Source: an uncultured Acidobacteriota bacterium (GTDB taxonomy: Bacteria; Acidobacteriota; Thermoanaerobaculia; UBA5066; Gp7-AA6). From it: 64,000 nt of DNA. The position numbers and the translations under genes were made by a program. Where the stretch lies: assembly GCA_963764715.1 (NCBI GenBank), contig CAVXTP010000021.1:96001-160000 (forward strand), written 5' to 3'. The first letter of the stretch is position 1. Each line of letters opens with the position of its first letter. This document shows positions 57,079 to 64,000 of this stretch, one piece after another. Below the pieces are notes generated by a model, which saw only the letters and a list, made by a program, of their open reading frames with translations, was not told the origin of the DNA and searched no databases.

Positions 57079-58388
57079 GCGCGACCGTCTCGCGCCGGGC
57101 CCCCTTCGCCGAGCTCGTCCGGCACCGGGAGCTCTCGAACGGCGCCCGCTTCTACGTTCTCGAGAACCACTTCAACCCGACGGTCGCGATCTCGGGGTCC
57201 CTGACCGCGGGCCGGCTCTTCGCTCCCTCCGAACGGCGGCTGATCGCGTCGGTGACGGCGGGCGAGCTGATGAAGGGCACGGCGCGGCGCACGAAGCTGC
57301 AGCTCGCCGAGGACCTCGAGAGCCGGGCCATCAGCCTCGGCTTCTCCTCCGACGCCTCCGATCCCGTCGGCGTCGACGTCTCGGGCGCCGCGCTCTCCCG
57401 CGAGACGGACGTGCTGCTCGAGGCGCTCGCCGAGGTCCTCCGGACGCCGGCCTTCCCGCCCGACGAGCTCGAGCGGGAGAAGAAGCGCCTCGTGGGCTCG
57501 ATCCGCCAGCAGCAGGACCAGACGTCCGTCCGCGCCTACGAACGGGCCATGCGGAGGATCTATCCGCTGGAGCACCCGCTGCACGCCTTCAGCGGCGAGG
57601 AGCGAATCGCCCGGGTCGAGGGCCTCGTCCGCGACGATCTGGCCGCGTTCTATTCGGCGCGCTACGGTGCGGCGTCGCTCGCCCTCATCGTCGTGGGCGA
57701 CGTGGACGCCGGGCGCATTCTCGACCGCCTGGAAGCCGCCTTCGGTTCTTGGCCGGCCGGGCCGAAGCCCGAGATCCCGGAGGTCCGCATCCCGCCCTCC
57801 TCGCCCGGGCGGGAAACCGTGGAGATGCCGGACAAGGCCAGCGCGGACGTCGTCGTCGCGGCGCCCGCGAGCCTGAAGCGCACCGACGCGGACTTCTTCG
57901 CGTGCACGCTCGCCAACGCGGCGCTCGGCCAGTCCTCGCTGACGTCCCGCCTGGGCGTGCGCGTGCGCGACACGGAAGGGCTGACGTACGGCATCCACTC
58001 GAGCTTCTCGGCCACGCACGTCGCGGGGCCGTTCGCGATCAGCCTGACGGTCAAGCCGGAGAGCCGGGACGCCGCCCTCGCGTCCACGCTCGACGAGGTC
58101 GGCCGGCTCCTGAAGACCGGGCTGACCCCGAAGGAGCTCGCGCAGGAGAAGAGCGCGCGGATCGGAAAGTTCAAGGTCGACCTCGGCTCGAACTCCGGAA
58201 TCGCCAACGCGCTCGACTCCGCCGTCTACTACGGCTTCGGGGTCTCCTACCTCGACGAGTTCCCGGCGAGGGTCGAGGCCGTGACGAAGGAGCAGGCCGA
58301 CTCCGCGTTCGCCTCACGGGTCCGGCCGGAGGACTTCACGATCGTTTCGGCGGGAAGCTTCGGAGAGTCAGTAAGCCGTAAGCAGTAA
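57075..58388 (+). CDS. M16 peptidase, non-catalytic partner subunit
   Basis: C-terminal part of ORF 56040..58388 from TTG 57075; LSNG, no HxxEH, SRL...VRDTEGLTYG (R/Y pair). Confidence 0.9.
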   Translation: MSATVSRRAPFAELVRHRELSNGARFYVLENHFNPTVAISGSLTAGRLFAPSERRLIASVTAGELMKGTARRTKLQLAEDLESRAISLGFSSDASDPVGVDVSGAALSRETDVLLEALAEVLRTPAFPPDELEREKKRLVGSIRQQQDQTSVRAYERAMRRIYPLEHPLHAFSGEERIARVEGLVRDDLAAFYSARYGAASLALIVVGDVDAGRILDRLEAAFGSWPAGPKPEIPEVRIPPSSPGRETVEMPDKASADVVVAAPASLKRTDADFFACTLANAALGQSSLTSRLGVRVRDTEGLTYGIHSSFSATHVAGPFAISLTVKPESRDAALASTLDEVGRLLKTGLTPKELAQEKSARIGKFKVDLGSNSGIANALDSAVYYGFGVSYLDEFPARVEAVTKEQADSAFASRVRPEDFTIVSAGSFGESVSRKQ

Positions 58389-58439
58389 GCCGACGCCGAT
58401 GAACCAGCCCGCTTACCGCTTACCGCTTACTGCTTACAG
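58369..58439. repeat. Inverted heptamer repeat hairpin
   Basis: CAGTAAG CCGTAAG CAGTAAG ... GCTTACC GCTTACC GCTTACT GCTTACA. Confidence 0.88.
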
Positions 58440-58483
58440 TTCCATCCGGATAGCTCTGGAAGTATGAAAGAATCCCGCCCCAG

Positions 58484-58843
58484 ATGAGACGTCCCCAGCA
58501 CCGCCGGCCGATGCGCCGCCGTCCCGGCGAGGCGCCGCCGACGCACCGCGTGTGGCTGTCGAACGAGCAGCCGCTGCGCGAAGGGCCTTCGCCGGACGGC
58601 CGGCAGTATTTCCGGATCCGCTTCGACAACGAGCCCTCGCCCGAGTGGATGCGGGCCTACCGTGCCGGCCTCCTCGGCCTGATGCCGGACGACCGCGACG
58701 CCGTCCTGCGCTTCGAGTTCCAGGGCGACTCCGTCCGGTTCGCGGCCGCCGACGCGGAGGTCACGAAGCTCCGCCGTGTCCTCGAGCAGCGCGTCCAGGC
58801 CGTGAACGGGATCCTCTCCGGCGGACGCGCGGTCGAGCCCTAG
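58484..58843 (+). CDS. Hypothetical protein
   Basis: GC3-rich codons; globular composition after an Arg-rich N-terminus. Confidence 0.72.
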   Translation: MRRPQHRRPMRRRPGEAPPTHRVWLSNEQPLREGPSPDGRQYFRIRFDNEPSPEWMRAYRAGLLGLMPDDRDAVLRFEFQGDSVRFAAADAEVTKLRRVLEQRVQAVNGILSGGRAVEP

Positions 58844-58870
58844 GAACCCCCCGGCCGGGAGGCGACGCCC

Positions 58871-60685
58871 GTGAATCGCCGCTTTCTCGTCGAGCACGTC
58901 CTCCGGCCCTACAAGTGGCCGCTCCTCTTCGCGTTCGTCGCGATGCTGCTGGAGACGATCGCGGGGCTCCTGCAGCCGTGGCCCCTGAAGGTCGTGCTCG
59001 ACTCGGTCATCGGGCACCATCCGCTCCCGGGGTTCCTGTCGGGGCTGCACGACGTCTTCGGGCGGCACAAGGGCGGAACGGTCGCGATCGCGGCGATCGC
59101 GACCGTGGCGATCGCGCTCCTGAACTCGGCCGCCTCCTACGCCGACTCGTACCTGACGACGAGCGTCGGCCAGTACCTCGCGCACGACCTGCGCCGGAAG
59201 GTCTACCACCACCTCCAGCGGCTCTCGCTCTCCTACTACGACCACCACAAGCTGGGGAACATCCTCTCGACCATCACCGACGACATCGACAACGTCCAGT
59301 CCTTCTTCTCCGCGTCGGTCCTCTCGATCGTGATCGACGCGACCACGATCGTCGGCATGTTCGCGGTGATGCTCTACCTCGACTGGAAGTTCACTCTGAT
59401 CGCGATGGCGGTCACGCCGTTCCTCTTCCTCTTCGTCCAGCGCTTCACGCACCTCGTGAAGCAGTCGACCCGGCAGGTCCGGGCCAAGCAGAGCGAGATC
59501 GTGTCGACGGTCGAGGAGTCCCTCGGCGCCATCCGCGTCATCCAGGCCTTCGCGCAGGGCGACGTCGAGGAGGAGAAGCTCGCCCGGCGCAGCCTCGAAT
59601 CCGTCGACGCGGCGCTCTCGGCCCGGAAGATCAAGGCGCTGCTCGGCCCGGTCATGGACGTCGTGGCCGCGATCGGGACGGCCCTCGTCCTCTGGTACGG
59701 GGCGAGCCTCGTGCTGGCGAACGAGATGACGGCCGGCTCCCTCGTCGTCTTCCTGATGTACCTCGGCAAGATGTTCAAGCCGATGCAGGACCTGGCAAAG
59801 ATGACGAACTCGGCCTCCAAGGCCGCCGTCGGCATGGACCGGATCCAGGAGATCCTCGACAGCGACGCCCTGCTTCGGGAAGCGCCCGACGCGAAGCCCG
59901 CGCCGAAGCTGACGGGCACCATCGCCTTCGAGCACGTCGCCTTCGGCTACGAGCCGGGCAAGCTCATCCTCCAGGACGTCCACTTCGACATCCCGGCCGG
60001 GAAGATGGGGGCGATCGTCGGCCCGACGGGCGAGGGCAAGTCGACGCTCATCAACCTCATCCCGCGCCTCTACGACCCGGCGAAGGGCACGGTCCGGATC
60101 GACGGCAACGACCTGCGGGCCTTCCAGCTCAAGTCGCTCCGCGACCAGATCAGCTACGTCCAGCAGGAGACGGTCCTCTTCGACGAGCCGATCTGGCAGA
60201 ACATCGCGTACGGAAAGCCGGACGCGACGCGCGACGAGATCGTCGAGGCCGCGAAGCTCGCCAACGCCGACGAGTTCATCCGGAAGCTGCCGAAGGGCTA
60301 CGACACGGTCGTCGGCGAGCGTGGCGCGGCCCTCTCCGGCGGGCAGCGCCAGCGCATCGGGATCGCCCGGGCGATCATCCGCAACTCGCCGATCCTCATC
60401 CTCGACGAGGCCACCTCCGGCCTCGACGCCGAGTCCGAGTCGCTCATCGTCGAGGCGCTCGACCGCCTGATGAAGGGGAAGACCTCGCTCGTCATCGCGC
60501 ACCGGCTCGGGACGATCCGGCAGGCCGACCGGATCATGGTGCTGAAGGACGGCCGGATCGCCGAGCAGGGCACCCACGAGGAGCTCCTCGCCCGCGGCGG
60601 GCACTACGCGCAGCTCTACACCCTCCAGTTCGGCGGCGGGGCGGCCGCGACGGCCGCGCCGGAAGGTAAGATCCCGGGGACATGA
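58871..60685 (+). CDS. ABC exporter, fused permease/ATPase (MsbA-like)
   Basis: TMD; GPTGEGKST, LSGGQRQR, ILDEATS, IAHRL. Confidence 0.95.
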   Translation: MNRRFLVEHVLRPYKWPLLFAFVAMLLETIAGLLQPWPLKVVLDSVIGHHPLPGFLSGLHDVFGRHKGGTVAIAAIATVAIALLNSAASYADSYLTTSVGQYLAHDLRRKVYHHLQRLSLSYYDHHKLGNILSTITDDIDNVQSFFSASVLSIVIDATTIVGMFAVMLYLDWKFTLIAMAVTPFLFLFVQRFTHLVKQSTRQVRAKQSEIVSTVEESLGAIRVIQAFAQGDVEEEKLARRSLESVDAALSARKIKALLGPVMDVVAAIGTALVLWYGASLVLANEMTAGSLVVFLMYLGKMFKPMQDLAKMTNSASKAAVGMDRIQEILDSDALLREAPDAKPAPKLTGTIAFEHVAFGYEPGKLILQDVHFDIPAGKMGAIVGPTGEGKSTLINLIPRLYDPAKGTVRIDGNDLRAFQLKSLRDQISYVQQETVLFDEPIWQNIAYGKPDATRDEIVEAAKLANADEFIRKLPKGYDTVVGERGAALSGGQRQRIGIARAIIRNSPILILDEATSGLDAESESLIVEALDRLMKGKTSLVIAHRLGTIRQADRIMVLKDGRIAEQGTHEELLARGGHYAQLYTLQFGGGAAATAAPEGKIPGT

Positions 60686-61683
60686 GCCGACCGGACACGC
60701 GCACGTTGATCGTTCTCCCCGACGACGGGATCGCCCCGGTGCTCGAGGGGATCGCCGCCGCGAACGACGCGATCCTCGTCAAGATGTTTCTCTTCTCCGA
60801 GCCCAAGCTCATCCGGGCGCTGATCGCAGCCCGGAAGCGCGGCGTCAAGGTCCGGGTGATGCTCAACCCCGCGCGCCGGTCGGGGGAGTCCGAGAACTCG
60901 CAGGCCAAGGCGAAGCTGAAGGCCGGCGGCATCGCGGTTAAGGACACGCATCCCGACTTCGACGTCTCCCACGAGAAGTCGATGGTCGTCGACGGGTCGA
61001 CGGCCTTCGTCAAGTCGCACAACTGGGCGCCCAAGAACTTCGGCGGCACCCGCGATTACGCCGTCATCACCCGCGACGCCGACGAGGTGGCCGAGGTCGT
61101 CGAGGGCTTCGAGGCCGACTGGAGCCGCGAAACGTTCGACCCGAACAAACGGCGGCTCATCTGGTGCCGCGGAAACGGGCGCGCCCGAATCGCCCGGTTC
61201 ATCGACGGGGCAAAAAAGGAGCTCTTCCTCCAGAACGAGCGCTACCAAGACCCCACGATCGTCGAGCGCCTGGTGGCCGCCCACGCGCGGGGAGTCAAGG
61301 TGCACCTCATGTCCCTCCCGCCCCACGCCCTGAAGGACAAGAAGCTCCTCGAAGGGGTCGCCGGGCTGCGGGTGATGCACGACATCGGGATCAAGATCCA
61401 CAAGTTGAAGGGCCTGCACCTCCACGCCAAGATGCTGCTCGCCGACGGAAAGCGCGCCATCGTCGGGTCGATGAACATCGCGCCCGGCAGCTTCGACTCG
61501 CGGCGCGAGCTCGCGATCGAGGTCGAAGACCGGAAGATCGTCCGCCGCCTCAAGAAGACCTTCGACGCGGACTGGAAGAACTCGCATCCGATCGACCTGA
61601 CCGACGACGGGATCCGGAAGGACCTCGCCAAGCACGGCATCCCCGAGGAGAAGCTCGCCCGCGTCTTCCGCCGGGAAGCCTGA
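60682..61683 (+). CDS. Phospholipase D superfamily protein (two HKD motifs)
   Basis: HEKSMVVD and HAKMLLAD...GSMN; ATGA overlap with ABC gene. Confidence 0.9.
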   Translation: MSRPDTRTLIVLPDDGIAPVLEGIAAANDAILVKMFLFSEPKLIRALIAARKRGVKVRVMLNPARRSGESENSQAKAKLKAGGIAVKDTHPDFDVSHEKSMVVDGSTAFVKSHNWAPKNFGGTRDYAVITRDADEVAEVVEGFEADWSRETFDPNKRRLIWCRGNGRARIARFIDGAKKELFLQNERYQDPTIVERLVAAHARGVKVHLMSLPPHALKDKKLLEGVAGLRVMHDIGIKIHKLKGLHLHAKMLLADGKRAIVGSMNIAPGSFDSRRELAIEVEDRKIVRRLKKTFDADWKNSHPIDLTDDGIRKDLAKHGIPEEKLARVFRREA

Positions 61684-61700
61684 GCGCACCCCTCGTATCC

Positions 61701-61770
61701 GCTTACTGCTTACTGCTTACTGCTTACGGCCGCCCGCCTCCCGCCTCCCGCCTCCTGACCTACTCCCACT
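61701..61770. repeat. Single-arm heptamer tandem repeat (GCTTACT x4 plus GCCTCCC units)
   Basis: GCTTACT GCTTACT GCTTACT GCTTACG then GCCTCCC GCCTCCC GCCTCCT. Confidence 0.8.
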
Positions 61771-62587
61771 TCAACCGTCGATAATCGAACGCCTGGACCT
61801 CGCGGGCGTTGAACTTGACGATGTCGAAGTAGGGCGAGAGGTCGAAGTCGCGGGGCACGCACAGCGTCGGGTGGCGCGCGCGCAGCAGGCCGCTCCACGC
61901 GCGGCGGGTCGGCCGTCCGAGAAGCGTCTGCTTCACGTGCTCCCCGAGGGTCCTCGGCTTCTGCCGGACGGGCACCGGCAGGATCGGGAACCGGACCTTC
62001 CCGAACGCCTCGGCGAGAAGCGACGAGCAGATGGTCTCGGTCTCGACTCCGCTGCCGAAGTGGAGCGCGTCCTCGCCGAGCTCCGGCGGAATCATCTGGA
62101 ACGGGAAGAGGTAGCGCGTCAGGTCCCAGAAGTTGCGCCGGTCGTACTTCCACCCGATGCGCGAGATGACGTGGTCGAGGACGACCGCGAGGTCCTCGGG
62201 CTTCAGGCCGACCGGCCGGCAGATGCGGACGTTCAGGTCGACGTACTTGACGAGCGGGGAGACGACGACGCCCCGGTCGACGAGGGCCTCGACGAGCAGG
62301 TGCTTGGCCTCGCGCCCGAAGCGGCGCTGGACCTCGGCGCGCGTCGCGGCGTCGCGCCGGAAGAGCGCGTCGCCGATGTAGATCGCGCTGTGGGACCAGG
62401 ACGACGTCGTCAGGTACTTGATCGCCTGGGAGACGCGCTGGTCGCCCTCGACGAGGAGAACGTCGCCCGGCCGGATCGTGGCCTTGAGCTTTTCCGGGTC
62501 GTTGTAGACGAAGCGGCGGTAGCGCTTGCGCCGGCGCGTGAGGCGGCGGACGAACCAGTCCGACAACGCGCGGCTCGGGGAGCGCAT
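61760..62587 (-). CDS. Permuted papain-like NlpC/P60 (YiiX/YebB-like) cysteine hydrolase
   Basis: PGDVLLV, WSHSAIY (His), ICSSLLAEAF (Cys), PRDFDLSPYF. Confidence 0.85.
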   Translation of the reverse strand: MRSPSRALSDWFVRRLTRRRKRYRRFVYNDPEKLKATIRPGDVLLVEGDQRVSQAIKYLTTSSWSHSAIYIGDALFRRDAATRAEVQRRFGREAKHLLVEALVDRGVVVSPLVKYVDLNVRICRPVGLKPEDLAVVLDHVISRIGWKYDRRNFWDLTRYLFPFQMIPPELGEDALHFGSGVETETICSSLLAEAFGKVRFPILPVPVRQKPRTLGEHVKQTLLGRPTRRAWSGLLRARHPTLCVPRDFDLSPYFDIVKFNAREVQAFDYRRLKWE

Positions 62588-62615
62588 GCCCTATTGTGCG
62601 CCCGCGCCGGCCGCC

Positions 62616-63020
62616 CTACTCGTCCGGAAGCTCGGGCTCTTCCTGCATCTCGCGCTTGGTGCCGGGCGCGAGCAGGTCCATCAGAAGGTCGGGAAGGCCC
62701 TCGGAAAACTGGCTCCGGGGCATGACCTGCGTGACCCCGGCGGCCGTGGCCTGGCCGGCGAGCTCCTTGTCGACGTGCGAGAGGAAGCCGATGACGGGCA
62801 GCGCCGCGGCCTTCCCGCGGCGCAGCTCCCGGACGGCCGATAGTGCGTCGCCGTTGGAGGAGAGCTCCAGCAGGATGGCCCCGGTTTCGGGCGCCGTGCC
62901 GGCGCGCGTCAGCTCGGCCGGCCCCACGAATCGGACGGGGACGTTGAGGTGGCGCGCGGTCGCCTCGATCTTCGAACGGAAGAAGAGGTCTTCGACGCAG
63001 GCGACGACGGACTTGCTCAT
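62616..63020 (-). CDS. Stand-alone atypical receiver-like domain protein
   Basis: VEDLFFRSKI, ILLEL, IGFLSHVD, VMPRSQF. Confidence 0.72.
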   Translation of the reverse strand: MSKSVVACVEDLFFRSKIEATARHLNVPVRFVGPAELTRAGTAPETGAILLELSSNGDALSAVRELRRGKAAALPVIGFLSHVDKELAGQATAAGVTQVMPRSQFSEGLPDLLMDLLAPGTKREMQEEPELPDE

Positions 63021-63059
63021 GGGCTGGCCGATTCTACTGCCGAAACGCCGGCCGACTCT

Positions 63060-64000
63060 TCAGAACATCTTCACCAGGTCGACGAGGTACCGGTTCACCC
63101 AGGAGCGCTCGTCGAGCCGGCGCTGGACGCTGAAGGAGCCCTGGAGGTAGACGCGGGGGAGGAAGGTCCAGGCGACCCCCACCCGGTGTCCCTCGTACCA
63201 GGTGTGGTACCACCAGTCGTCGGTGGTGTAGGCCCCCATCGTCGCGTCCCGCTGGATGTACTGGTAGGTGTAGAACGCGCGCCACTGCCCCGGCGTGCCG
63301 ACCTGGCCGGCGACGACCGAGCCTTCCCAGGCGAGGCGGCGCCCGTCGCGCGCGGCGAAGTTCTCGAAGCCGTCGAGCGAGATCAGGAGCGGGACCGGAC
63401 CGACCGGGAACCGGAGGCGCAGGAGAAGATCGGCGACGTGGAATTCCGACGCCGGGACCGGCTCGCCGTTGTCGATCCGGACGGTGTTCTCGCGGATGTA
63501 GTCGCTGTAGAGCTCGCGCGGCTCGAAGCTCCAGTAGGCGAACGAGGCTTCGAGCGAGAAGCGGGAAGGGTCTCCGGTCCGCCACTGGACCTGGCCGGCG
63601 GCGATGCGCGTCTGGTCGCTGTAGTGCTGCGGGCCGTAGAACCCGGCGCCCGAAAGCGTCCACGCGCCGTCGGGGCTCGTCCAGGAGGCCGCGATCCCCG
63701 GCGTCTGGATGTCGCGGTCCCAGAGCATCTCGGAGGCCGCGAGCGGCATCCCGAATCGTCCGGCCCGCACGGTGAAGTTCCCGGGGGTCCACTGCACGTA
63801 CCACCGGTCGGCGGAGGCCCACCGCGAGATGTAGTTGTCCTGGTAGGGGTAGGCGTAGGCCTCGGTGCCGTAGTCGAAGATCCCGCGGACCCCGATCCGG
63901 AAGTTCTCCCAGGGATCGAAATCGATCTCCGGCCGCAGCTCGAAGCGGCCGCGGTCGATCGTCCCGTACCCGGGGTAGTGGTCGACGCGGTCGTAGCGCG
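63060..64000 (-). CDS. Putative outer-membrane porin (5' end outside window)
   Basis: Frame open to window end (RYDRVDH...RGRFELRPEIDF...); alternating aromatic beta-strands; C-terminal Phe. Confidence 0.75.
   Translation of the reverse strand, partial: RYDRVDHYPGYGTIDRGRFELRPEIDFDPWENFRIGVRGIFDYGTEAYAYPYQDNYISRWASADRWYVQWTPGNFTVRAGRFGMPLAASEMLWDRDIQTPGIAASWTSPDGAWTLSGAGFYGPQHYSDQTRIAAGQVQWRTGDPSRFSLEASFAYWSFEPRELYSDYIRENTVRIDNGEPVPASEFHVADLLLRLRFPVGPVPLLISLDGFENFAARDGRRLAWEGSVVAGQVGTPGQWRAFYTYQYIQRDATMGAYTTDDWWYHTWYEGHRVGVAWTFLPRVYLQGSFSVQRRLDERSWVNRYLVDLVKMF

Noticed and set aside
58843-58866. ECF-like GGAAC...CGAC upstream of the ABC exporter
   Set aside because: Spacing is 15 nt rather than 16 and the -10 is weak
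60682-61683. PLD protein as a restriction or defence nuclease
   Set aside because: Two-HKD architecture coupled to an ABC exporter with a TM domain; no helicase or methylase nearby. Not formally excluded.

Overview
A gene-dense, very GC-rich stretch of core bacterial chromosome. The gene families (VWA/Ig-like surface protein, carboxypeptidase-regulatory+TPR protein, bacillithiol genes, lepA-lepB-lepB-DUF4845-like) suggest Acidobacteriota, possibly Thermoanaerobaculia-like; this is inference, not a database result. About 66 real CDS are supportable. They include pgk-tpiA-secG-tRNA-Leu(GAG), lepA, two lepB, tsaD, purD, mtnA, ggt, dusB, ilvE, glk, a yitJ-like gene under a SAM-I riboswitch, a methyltransferase-bshC-bshB1-bshA-yigZ operon, a vapBC toxin-antitoxin pair, and MocR, WYL, LuxR and MerR regulators. 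I saw no transposase, integrase, prophage or CRISPR array. The most interesting signal is non-coding: (1) a candidate sigma54-dependent ~75-nt sRNA with an anti-Shine-Dalgarno loop; (2) three copies of a ~160-bp multi-branched repeat with compensatory base changes and ssDNA-type folding motifs; (3) CAGTAAG heptamer hairpins that supply stop codons; (4) GTAG-type REPs; (5) several sigma54- and ECF-type promoters ahead of small unknown proteins; (6) many apparently leaderless genes. All product calls come from motif recognition by eye, with no searches run.
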